From: Rotaria socialis
Taxonomy: Eukaryota
Length of the DNA: 64,000 nt
Direction of reading: 5' to 3'
Assembly (NCBI GenBank): GCA_905331295.1
Contig: CAJNYD010000035.1
Location: 124,001 to 188,000 of the forward strand
This document shows, piece by piece, positions 13,801-25,963 of the stretch. Position numbers and translations under genes: made by a program. Position 1 is the first letter of the stretch. Each line of letters opens with the position of its first letter. The notes beneath the pieces are model-generated. The model did no database searches and was not told where the DNA came from. It worked only from the letters and a program-made list of their open reading frames with translations.

Positions 13801-15860
13801 TCTCATATCATCGAAGATATTGGAAAAAGAACGAATGAGGGCTAATACGAAGCGCTATCTATTGAAGAAAATTCAATTGTTGAAAGTAGTAGCCAATCGA
13901 TGGACATGAAATTGGAAACAAGCGATTGCTATTGTTTGTTCGTTGGCACCGACAGAACTTTCATTCTCTTCTTATTTAGACATTTGAAAGTTGCACAATT
14001 TTATTCAGTGATGTTGTTGGTTTTACAACAATATGTTCGTCACTTACGCCGATGGAAGTTGTATCGGTACTCAATGAAATGTATACAAAATTCGATAAAT
14101 GCTTAGAAGCACATAATTGTTTTAAAGTTGAAACAATTGGCGATGCTTATATGTTAGTTAGTGGTGTACCGGAACGTACGTATTTTTCGTTTTATAATTT
14201 TGATTTAGATCTCGTTGATTTAAGGTGCAAAAAATCATGCAGCAGAAATTATTGATATGGCATTCGATATGTTGGATTCAATTGTTACGGTAACAAATCC
14301 AACTAATAATGAAAAACTTAAAATTCGTATTGGTGAGTTATCTAGATTGGTTTCAATTAGGAACAGAGATTTTTTGATGTTTTTTGTTCTCAGGTTGTCA
14401 TAGTGGTCCAGTAGTTGCTGGTATAGCAGGTATTAAAATGCCACGTTATTGTCTCTTTGGCGACACAGTAACAACGGCGAACAGATTGGAACAAACTAGT
14501 AAAGTAAGATTCGTTAGTTTCTCAAGAATTTTTAAAATTCTTCTATCTCCTCGATTATTCTTGAACCTATGATTACGTCTCAGTAGGAGTGCATCGTACT
14601 CTCCGGTAAGGCACGCACGAAGAAAAGAATTCCAATTAAATAATTTTTCAGATAGTTCGATTTGTCTTATTGGATAGGTTCAGTTTAAAATAACACTTCA
14701 CAATTATTTTCTTTCTCTAGCACGTTTCTACATCAGAATAAAGTATGAAAGAATATCAGGTCAAACTTTATTCATTTACAGTTCCGAACTATTTGAACAA
14801 CGCACACATATCAAAAGACATGGGGCACGGACATTTTTCTATCACGTCAAGACCTATGAATGTATCGTATATCAAGTGTACTATAGATGCCTATATTTGA
14901 TGTATGTAATACTAAACTATGAATTATTGAATTCTCACGGGACGATAATATACACCATTGTATTATGTCGTAGAATGAAAATAGGTATCAAAGAATAGAC
15001 AGTGTATCTGTTTACACAGACTACTATCAAGAAAGTAATGTCGCTTATATTACATGCTGGAGCCAATCAAAATGAATTTCGTTTGTTATTCAATTTTCCT
15101 GCGATATATACATATGTGGAGCAACTGACTGTCGATAAATTTCATTATCATCAATCAGACAAGTGTAGGATCAAATAAACAAAAATAGTTCCAATAGAAT
15201 TTATTAGAGCTTAGTTTTTTAAAACAATGTGTTTCTTTTGTTTACTCCCTTTCAATAGTCTAATTACTGATTAGACAAGAGATCAAATTTCTTCTCATAT
15301 ACTCGACGTTTATTTGATGTTTCATTCTCTATTAGGCATTGCATATTCATGTAACTGAAGCAACATATCAATTACTAGAACGTAAAATATACGACGTCCA
15401 AGAACGCCCGAAACTAGCGATAAATGGTGGTTTAACAGTTCCAACATATTTTATATTGAATAAAAAAGATCGTAGCGGCAAAGTTATACAACGCCCATTT
15501 CAATCTATATTAAGCCAGATGAAACGTGAAGAAACTGAAGAAGCAAAACTGAAACAAACAAATAGTCTCAAAGGTGGACTTCCTCGAAATTCAAATTCAG
15601 CCAAGGCAAAAGATAGCAGCGTTGTTCCAACAACAATACCTGAAAGCGAGCGACAACTTGTACCACCTGAGCATAATGCAGTGCCAGCTATTGTAATCAA
15701 GAGCGACGACACTGCAACACAGGTAACACAAAATACAACAGGCGGAAGTAAAAATCTCGATTGCCAATCACTTCAAACAAATGAAACTATCAGTGAACCG
15801 AATAATTCAGCAAAAATCCCTAGTAGATCAGTACGTAGTAAAGCATGCGCAGTTCTTTGA
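10836..15860 (+). CDS. Atypical soluble guanylate cyclase beta-type subunit (Gyc88E / GCY-35 / beta2-like), multi-exon
   Basis: H-NOX start MYGLLLQ..., [13 protein letters not shown] (heme His), YRSRR (YxSxR); [25 protein letters not shown]; cyclase [28 protein letters not shown]-terminal CAVL*. Confidence 0.92.
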
Positions 15861-16340
15861 AGAAAACATTTTTAACAGAAAAAGCAGGCTTTTTTTCTTA
15901 TTCTTCGCTTTGAATGTATATGGCTTTGTGTTTGAATAATAATGTTGCAATTAATTTTATTTTGTGTTTAATAAAGAGTAAAAAAAGACGACAAACTATG
16001 GTTAGTTAATTTTATTCTAGATGTAATCTATAATTTAGTTTTGACGAGAAAATGAAAGACAATTTCATTATGAAGGTAAGTAATTGAAGACGAGAATAAA
16101 AAATTTCTTCAGGCAAATTCATACTCTTTTGTAAGTGGAAGAAAAAAAGATTTGTAAAGAGAATCATCTGGTAAAATGACAGGCGAAGAAAAGAAAAGGA
16201 TGAGAAAAAAAAAGAAATCGTACACAGTTTTCTACTGGACAAGAAAGGAAAAAAAAGAACGTAACATAGAAGCAGCGAACATGTGTGTTTTATTATAAAA
16301 TATAACACTCGCATGAAACAACATACTTTTGATCAAACAC

Positions 16341-17384
16341 ATGTTTCCTTCATCCAGTGATCATACGGTCAATATTCCAGGTTTTGATATTAACCATTTG
16401 AAAACAAATAATCTATCGTATTTTTCTCCTAATTAGATATACATTTACAGCAAGCAAATGAAAAGCTCATTCCTGGAAAAAATCTTGATAGTTCTACAAC
16501 TGTAATTCCACTGCTAAATCCTCAAACTACACGCGTCAAGCGTCGTCATTGTTTTGCATTGATATTGATATTTATTTTTTCAATATCAAGTCTAACTACT
16601 TTATATATATTATTTCCAAAAATAGATGAGTATGTAAAACGAAAAGAAATTTAGCTTTCTACAACAAATATTTCCTGTTTATAGCACAGAAAAAGCTGCA
16701 CTTAAAATTCCGACAACAATTGAGGATGCAAAAAGTCTTGGTAATATTTTATATAAATATAGTAAACATCATCGATATATAATTATGATTGCCTTTTTTC
16801 TCACATACATTTTGTAAGAAGAAGTTTATTGTCAAGAGAAAAAAATTCATTTTTATTTTTAATTTAGTTTACAAACATTTGCAATACCAGGTTCAATATT
16901 TTTAAGCATATTAGCTGGATTTCTATATCCATTTCCTTTAGCATTATTTCTTGTTTGTCTATGTTCATCACTAGGAGCGAGTTTTTGTTATCTACTTTCC
17001 CAACTATTTGGTCGACATATTCTATTGAAATGTTTTCATGACAAAATAACTCTCTGGCAAAAGACAGTTCAAGCAAATGCAGGCAGTCTTCTATGGTTTA
17101 TTATATTTTTACGTATAACACCAATATTACCAAATTGGTTCATCAATGTTTGTTCGCCTATACTCGATGTACCGCTAGGGCTATTTTTTGCCGGTACATT
17201 TGCTGGTGTTGCCCTACCATCGATATTGTTTATTCAAGCAGGCAAAACTCTTCATCAATTATCATCGCCGTCCGATGTATTTTCATGGCGTTCAATTTTT
17301 ATGCTTGGCTTTTTTGCAATTTTATCGTTAGTTCCCATACGCTTTAAAGATAAAATACAGAGTCTTTTTAAGAAACAAAGTTAA
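16341..17384 (+). CDS. TMEM41B: TMEM41B (VTT/DedA domain scramblase), 4 exons
   Basis: Spliced model includes LQTFAIPGSIFLSILAGFLYPFPLALFLVCLCSSLGASFCYLLS and IIFLRITPILPNWFIN. Confidence 0.9.
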
Positions 17385-17491
17385 ATGAATAAGTGTTATT
17401 TCTTTTGTTGAAATAAATGATTACATTTTATTACATTGTATTTTCTATTGGAAGATGTAAAATCTGTATATTTTCTTTTTTTGAATTTCAG

Positions 17492-20400
17492 ATGGGCGTT
17501 AAACATCTTTGGTCAATTTTAGAACCAGCATGTAAACAAGGCTCATACGAGGATTTAGCAGGAAAAACTGCTGCAGTTGATTTAAGCATTTGGATTATCG
17601 AATCGCGGTCGGTGTCAACATCAAATCATCGAAATTCACTACATTTAAGGTAGGTAGTTTTCGAAGAGATTTAGTTGATAATTAACATCTCTATTTTATT
17701 GCCTATGAAAAATGTCTATTGCTCGTAAAAACAATACTCGGCGTTAATGTTTTGATTCACTCAAATAATGATCAAATATGTTTTTAAATAGTCAGATAAT
17801 ATTCATCCAATCGAATTTTGTTATTGTTATCGAAAAATAGCAATATAACACCTTGTGTAATACGGGGGGCGGGGGGTATAACATCATAATTTACGAGTCA
17901 TCGTATTAGGCAAAGATAGTATGATTGAGTCGAATGCACACGTTTTAATGTAATCAACATTTGTATGTCACGTAGCTTATATTGTTGTTTTCATCCAATA
18001 ATTAAACATATATATTTGATGACTGTAAAATTAATGGGAAAAAATGAATGGAGAACTTCCTTTTGAGAATGTTCACTTGTCAAGTGCAATCCATAAATTA
18101 ATATTTGATTTTGACTTTAAAAACAAATTCTGCTTTTTAAAATAGCAAACAGCACGAAGTAGACCCTGCGCAATGGCAATGGCCTATAGAATAAGGTCAA
18201 GCGGTTTGAGCGAAAAAGACCGCTATCTCTTCCTTTTCAAGAAAAAAATAAATAAATCATTATTTGTCTTCACAAATTTTCTTTTATAGGACATTATTTT
18301 TCCGTGTATTAAATATGATTTATTTCAATATTAAACCTATATTTGTTCTTGATTCAACCAAGATAACTGAATTAAAATTAGATGTTGTTGCCAAGCGATC
18401 CGGATCGACACATACACAAACGACTAAAACTCGTTCGACTTTTGACGTACTTGTTAATGAAGTAAGCGCGATATTTTTTGGGGATAAGTCATCATAATTA
18501 ATTTTCTTGTTGGGAAATATAGTGTAAAGACTTACTCACGTATCTTGGCCTACCGATTATACGAGCTGATGGTGAAGCGGAAAAATTGTGTGCACAATTA
18601 AATCGAATGAATGTAAGATATTGATCGTTGATTTTTTTTCTCTCTATTATTCATTATATTATAGATCGTTGATGTTGTTATTAGTAATGATAGTGATTGT
18701 TTTGTTTATGGTGCTAAGACAATAATTCGAAACTTCGGCATCGATATGAAGGTAAACGATGTCGAAAAAAGATCATATTGAATTATTTTAAAAATGATTT
18801 GTTTTTCAGTCAATTTCATTTGATATTTATGATCGACATGAAATCGAATCGAATTGTCATCTTGATCAACGTTCTCTACTTGCACTTGCATTAATTCTTG
18901 GCTCCGATTACGATAGTCAAGGTATTCAAGGTATTGGCCGAGGAAATGCTTTAAAATTTCTTCAGTCTATACCAGCAAATACGGATCCGGTTGATTATAT
19001 ACGTACAGTTCTATTACGCAATAATCCACAAAATAAATATGAGCAAAAAATTTTAAACGTATTAAAAGATAATAAGAAAAATTTAAAGCATTTTGATAAA
19101 ATTATCAATGAATATTCATCATTAGAATTAGATAATTTACCTCTTGTTGCATCAATAGCATCAATTAAATGGTTGAAACCAGTACAACTGAAAGAACTTC
19201 AATCATATATGAAAAAGAAATTGGATTGGATTGAATCTTATACATTTATTAAGGTAAATGACTTTCAAAAAAACACCCTCACAGTTATGAAACAGAAAAT
19301 TTGAAAAGGATAGTTCTGCAATTTTTGATTCGAAACGAAGTACACCCGATAGGAATGCCATGAAAACTATTCCGCTGATTGCTATCAAAAAGTGTTGTAA
19401 CTCGTTTTTGAGGCACGTGAGCAACAAATTTTCTAGAAACACCTTGAAATTTTGTATAGAGACAAGTCTCATTACCTATGATAAAACACGTTGAAACTCT
19501 CAATTAAATATTTCATTTTTTAAAGGTTTTCCCGTTATTAACTCGTTTTCAAATTCTCTACCATCTTAATATGCTTGAACTTGACGTTCATGATACACTT
19601 TCCTTATCCGACACAATCAAATTTCAGCCGATCTCTATAAAAAGAATTCGCATTCGGCAATCCAAACAATATTATGAAATCGAATGGAAAAAAAATGAAC
19701 TGCCATCCATGGAAGCAGTTGAAGATCAAATAGCTAATCTATCAATTATGGCAGTCGATAATGTTGATGATGAAGAAGACGAAAAATTAATCACTATTGA
19801 ACCGGCTGATCTATTTCGTCATGCTTATCCTGACATCGTTAATACATTTGAAGCACCTGCATCGAAATCTAAAAAACCTAGGAAACCAGCAGCCGCAATA
19901 CTTAATAATGAGAATAAGCCAACAATAAAGAAGAAAAAGATGAAACAACCATCAGCAGCAGCAGTTGCAGCATCAACGTCAATGTCTCTAGACCTTTTAA
20001 GTATGATTGAAAACGAAACATGTGAAATTCCCATAACGAAAACAATAGCGAAAAAGAAAATTTCTAAATTTAATCATCGGCCAACAATGGCTGCATTATC
20101 AACATCAATTAATATTGATGTTCTTAGTGCAATACACAAATCCATTGGAAATCTAAGCGCATTAAAAAAATCAAAGTCCCGGCCAATTAAACATCATACT
20201 CAATCAGATATGGTTATTCATAGTAAGAAATATGCAGAAGTTCGTTTAAAAACAAAGAAGATCTTTTTTTCTTTTCTCCTAGCTCAAAAGCCTGTCACTT
20301 TATTAAATACATCATTGTCGCTTGATGTATTAGATATTCTCCTACGTGAAAAACAGCAACTTAATGATGACAATTGTGAAATAACAGATATATTTATAAA

Positions 20401-20551
20401 AAAGCCTTTGAAACAGAAACAAAATAAAAACACCAATAATATATTTCAATTATCATCATCAGATAATACGGATGGTGATGATGATGATGATGATAATAAT
20501 GTTTTGCCTCTTCCACTTTGGGATCGAATTCGACAACGAACTGCTGTTTAA
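17492..20551 (+). CDS. GEN1: Holliday junction resolvase GEN1 (XPG/Rad2 family), ~7 exons
   Basis: MGVKHLWSIL, AVDLSIW, LFFRV, GEAEKLCAQL, SNDSDCFVYGA, LGSDY..GIQGIG, chromodomain-like PISIKRIRIRQSKQYYEIEW, low-complexity tail. Confidence 0.88.
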
Positions 20552-20645
20552 TCGATTTGAAATTCTTTGCAATGTCTCTTTTCCTGTTTATATTATAGAT
20601 CCAATGGATCTTTCTCTTGCTCTATGTCAGATCTTTTTTTGGTAT

Positions 20646-20773
20646 GATGGAAAAAGACAGAAAGGAAAAATGTCGAAAACAAAATTGACGGCTGAAAATG
20701 TGTGTGTAAGAGTGAGGGTGATGGTTTTCGACATTTTCCCTTTCGATATTTTTACTTTCTGTCTTTTTCCATC
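20646..20773. mobile_element. Small MITE-like inverted-repeat element
   Basis: gatggaaaaagacagaaag/aaaatgtcgaaaac mirrored by gttttcgacatttt/ctttctgtctttttccatc; GT-rich centre. Confidence 0.65.
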
Positions 20774-21284
20774 CATTCCTTTTTTTTCTCTTCTCTTTTT
20801 TATCGAATGATAATGATTATTGTGCTTATTATAATACATATTCCAGTAAAATTCAGATATGTAAATAAATTTTCGGATATAAATAAATTTAATTATCGAC
20901 AAAGAAATTCTTTTTTCATGACAAAAGATCAAACTGTTCGACTACGTAGAATGCTGTGAGACCGTAATGCAAGCTTTGAAGATCACTGAACGGTGTAGAT
21001 GTTTCGACTAATGAAGTTAAGATTGGCACACGCTAGTAAACTGTGACAAAAAATATATTTGCTCCGTTAGCGATAATTGAAGTAATCAAATGACATTCAT
21101 GCATACGATTCATAAAGATATCAGTTAGCAACGCAACAATTTTAATTCTACTAGCATGATCTCTTGTCAAACTTACAGGTTGCCCTCACTCTTGAGAAAA
21201 AAAACAGGGTACCTTTGAAAACCATTGGTTTTTTTTTCATCTTCTTAAAATACTAAAAAAGGACTATTCTCTTGAAAAATCAGT

Positions 21285-22348
21285 TTAATACCGGCTGGAG
21301 GCATTTGAGATTGGATTGGTCGGATTAAATGGTACTATCGTGTCACTACGTCTTTTACAAAAAACGCTTTTCCAAAATTTTTTCCCGAAAATACGTTTGA
21401 CTTGCGAACGAAATCGTCGTGATGTTAACAGAAACAAATAAAATGATCCCTAAAACATATTAATCAATGAATTGATATGGCGTGAACAATATAATCACTC
21501 ACAGCGTAATTCATATAAAACAAAGTGCTCGTAACAGCCGAACAGAGTTGATCGATAGCTGAAAGAAGTGCGTTTCCCGTAACTGGCGGCGCATTAATTG
21601 AATACAGTAAATAAGCACCAAAAGGAATGGAAACTGAAACGAGGAGGACAACACGACTGAAAACAATGGCTGTCATTTGTCGATCGAGCCGTCGTCGAAT
21701 GTGCGAGACTTGACGTCGAATAATGCGGCGTACATTTCGATATGCAAATGCACTGAATACCAGCGAAACTACCAGTGGTACTAAACCATTGAGTAACGAA
21801 AGATAAACGATGCAAAAGTACAAGCTAAAATATTTATTTGCAATATCACAACCAGTCGACGGCAATATTTCATAGAAGATTGCAAATGGAATGCTGTGCA
21901 GAATCCAAGCAACCACATTTATCAATGTCATTCGCTGAGCTAATTTTAGCGTACTGCTTTGCCGACAAGCAATATCATGACTAGTCACTAGATACTGATC
22001 GAGAGCTTCACAACAAATTGTCGTTAGAGAGACCATTACAGTTATTTCAAGCTCTACGGTTCGAATTTTACACAGGATAATTGAATTGCGTGTCAAATCG
22101 ATATTGAATTGACTCGATAATATGCGTAATACGTAGACATTCAATAGGACACCACAATTCGCAAAGGACTCTACAATTAGGTAAAAAGAAGACGGATTGC
22201 CACGAAATACTTTTAAGAATCCGAAGATCATAATATTTAACATATTACCAATTAATCCACAAATCAGACAGATATAACTAGAATATATTAGCAGTGGTCG
22301 AACAACTGCTAAAATTATTCGAGATGCTGCTGAAATCGACTCTTCCAT
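21285..22348 (-). CDS. Orphan rhodopsin-like (class A) GPCR, ~336 aa, 2 exons
   Basis: GLIGNMLN in TM1, LCK.R, ALDQY (DRY variant), seven hydrophobic segments; intron 21502-21450 restores NYAGSFYLFLLTSRRFR. Confidence 0.85.
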
Positions 22349-23189
22349 AGTGAAACGAGAAATCGGCGTGTTCAAAATGATAAGCAGCGTAATAATGCTT
22401 GCTTTGATGGTCTTCTATGATTTATATAGTCTCACGGCTCAGTTTGTTTGTTTTTCATTAAAAAAAGTTGAACGGTAGACATCAGTCATTTACAATTATT
22501 TTATGGATGAGTGTATCTCACATCTACGATTTTTCGCAATTATGAGTTCAACATAGTGTAAGCGTTAATGACATAGTTGACTCAAATGAACTATTTTATT
22601 AAATATTTTTCTCGAGTTTATATGGTTTGATTATTTAAATAGCAATACAATAGTCATGCTTGACGCCGAGATACAACGATCACGTTTCGTCATCATTCCA
22701 CGGCATTCTTCTCATGATGTGTTCTGTAAATGAAAACCATGCATCTTGGAAGGCATGGCGTGCCACATTATATAAAAAAAAAAAAAAAACGCAAGTCATA
22801 TGAGACTCTAAATCGTTTAAATTAAACATTAATTTCGATCTCGATTATATTGTCCTGTTGTTTTTTATTGTTTGATAATCTTGATCTAGTGAAAATAGGA
22901 AATAATTTAAACCTAAAGAAAGATTCAGAATTCAAAGTATTTCTAGTCGTTTTATTTGAATGGGTTAATTGAAAAAGTAGTCTGCTACTTTATTTGTAGT
23001 CAACGATGAGTCATTCAATTTTCTTTTATATTGATGATTCAGAAAAGAGGAAGTGTCAACATCCTCGCCGCTACGGAGAACTATCAATACAATACTTTTA
23101 TTTAGTTAAATGAACTTGTCTCCCTTAAATGTTAAATTAATAGGTGATTTCCGAAGAGTAAACCTACTTGGCATGTAAGTTAAAAGTCA

Positions 23190-24380
23190 ATTTATTTGTT
23201 TGTGAAATTTTCAAGAGTAATCCATATGGCCCAATTACTTTCTCATCGAACACTCGCGACGTCATTTCAACGTTGATGGGACTTTTATGTTCTGTAAACT
23301 TTGATGGTTGAACTCGACATTGGAACGCAACTTGGTAATTCTTGCTTCTGTCTTTAGAGTCTTTTATCTTGAACGATTTAGAATAAATGGAAGCTTCACC
23401 TTCACAATGTGTTGCCACATTTTGCTGCATCTTTCTTAACATCTCTCATGACGGAACTGTCCTGGTGAAAAATAAAACGGATGGCCATCTCTTCTATCTA
23501 CACGCGCATGAGGATAACCTCGATTGTAATGAGGATCGAAAAATCTGATTATTTTAATTGTAAACATACAAGTGCTTGTTCAAGTTTAGAATTGCACTTC
23601 GCTGGAAACATATATTGAAAAATGCCTGGAAGTTCTACTATCGAGCTCGTATGCTATTGATTTTTGATTTCTTCAACTAATCTTATTGTTTTATTGACTA
23701 AAGGCGCAGTGATGTTAATCTCAACATAAATTAATGAAGCAAGTTTGACAGAAAATACTCGAATAAAATCGATATCACATTCATCAATAGGACTCATATC
23801 GTTAATTAGTGTTAAAGCAAAGTTTTGCAAGGTTTTAGGCGGTCGTCTTGTGTCACTATAATTAAGATTGAATTTATCAGTTTGAAAATTTCATTCAGAC
23901 GCAAAAAATGAATGAACACTACGGAGATTGATCGCTCCGCAGGCAGTTCGATAAGTACTATTATCGTATTTGAAGTCTGCATTAGTAATTGCCGAACGAG
24001 CATCAGATTGATTGGCAAGTTCGTGAAGAATTACCATCAGAGCTTCCATATTATTGACGCCAAATGAAGAAAGTTCGTCAACACAATCAACAATTCGTGT
24101 TTTACTTGGCCGTAGAACGATAAGTTGTTAAACACTCGTATGTGCGAACATCTATAGGAGAGTTTTGATTGTAATCAAGAGGAAAACGAATTTGTTTCCT
24201 TCGGTATAGGCTGCACCAGTTCGAATCGTGTAGATGTTATACCGACAGTCGCTTGCTCATCAGCAACTTTATTAAGTATGACAGATGACGAACGTGTCAC
24301 AATTTCAGGTAGTGGAATGAAAACGTCTGAAGATAGTCTCACTTCATCTATAATGTGTAACAAGGATTCTGTTAGACTTC
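23190..24380 (-). pseudogene. Decayed gene with a NEURL4-like ADP-ribosyltransferase (PARP-like) C-terminal domain
   Basis: Fragments FDPHYNRGY...RRDGHPFYFSPGQFRH and VATHCEG...YQVAFQCRVQPSKF...IGPYGLLLK, interrupted by stops and frameshifts; the central YHGT segment appears deleted. Confidence 0.6.
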
Positions 24381-25963
24381 TGCACAATCAACATAATGTA
24401 AGAAAATATCTTTTGTATTTTGTTATATGCAATATAATTAATATATTTTGAATAGATCGAAGTTCCTATTATGATTAGAAAGATTCTCGGAAATTCACAG
24501 CTACTCCGAATCACAGATGTGCGGGGCATTGAATTTTCCTGTTCCGCTTGTCCGTTCCCAATACATAGCTCATCCAGTTTCGGAACTGTGTACACAAGAT
24601 TCCAGTATCGCCCCGCCCGCCCCCGTCCCCGCGTTACCCGAAGAAAACTTTCAGATCACTTGCTGAACATTGATCAAGAGATACATAAGTGATTGGAGAT
24701 GCACGGCAAACATTCGATCATATTATTCTATCAAATGATTCATCAGATGATAAATCATGCAATTCAATCATCGTTATTGACAAAAAAATAAAATATTTAT
24801 TCTGAATATGGAAATAACTCTCCGACATTCTATTGACCATAATGGGTGAAATTTTGCATGTAATTTACAATTTAATCAAAAATAAATTACGAGTAGAAAC
24901 CTCTTCAATATTAATTTGTTGACAAGAAGAAAACAAAAGCTTATATATATATATATAAGTCATATAATTATGTGCGCTTGCCAAGTGTCCAGTGATAATT
25001 TATTTAGAAACTGACTCTAACGTAAGTTGTGTGGCTTCAGTTTTTCATCACTCTCCCAAGAAGAATATAGCTGTAGGGCTGGCAGTACAGGTCAATGCAT
25101 TGCGTGTTTTCGATGAAGATCTCATTCATTATGACTCTAGATAAATGAATAGGAGTTTTGTATGGGTGATATACTTTCAATTTCAATGCAAGTACTTAGA
25201 ATGATAAAAAAACTATGTCCGCCTATGTAAAACTCTGATGTTTATATTCTTACATGTTTGCATGACAACTTACTAAGTTAATATATTTGTAACGAGGTCA
25301 CGGTACAAATTGGAATTCAAAGTGTTGGAAAAGCACAAGCAGTTCGTATTTTAGATCATTCGTGTGCAATCTTATGAGGGGGGGGGGCGACTTTCAANAA
25401 ATGTCATCCAAACTTTGAGAGATTTCATACTACGCGCTAATTCTAATCCATAATCACTAAAAAACATAGCACCAGTACTCGGTGTAACACCACCATCCAT
25501 CAAATTCTATATTGTCCATTGTTGGTTTCAGTTTAAATCGAATCCATGTATTATGTATGACACTATTGATAAGGCCACGATGAATAGTGTTGTTCTCAAT
25601 AAAATATATGATAATTTTCCTGATACTTATGGGATAGCCTTCGATATTGTTACAATATAATACTGTTACGTGGTGGAAAAATTGTATTTTTTCACTGTAA
25701 TTGATGAAGAAAGAACAGTTGAGTATCTCCGCTCTATGAAGCAATTTTTTTTCTAGAAGAAACGATTATAACCATTGTTCGATGACCATGCTGGAGTGTG
25801 TGTGTTGGAGAATATGTCCACGAACGCACAACCTATTATTGCTTCACAATCTTTCAATGTGCACAGAACAAGCGATGTTTCTTCTTCGAGGGTGCCCTTT
25901 TTCTGTCGATGAGTTGATTCATTTTGTGAGCAAGTGATAAGAAAAGTGTAAAGGTAGTGTTTC

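Noticed and set aside
24510..24645. GC-rich ccccgcccg patch and ORFs 24344-24692
   Set aside because: Probably a transposon-end remnant; no partner TIR or TSD found.
25440..25720. Coding-like plus-strand stretch upstream of the decarboxylase
   Set aside because: Contains stops, no start or motif, and is near an ambiguous base.
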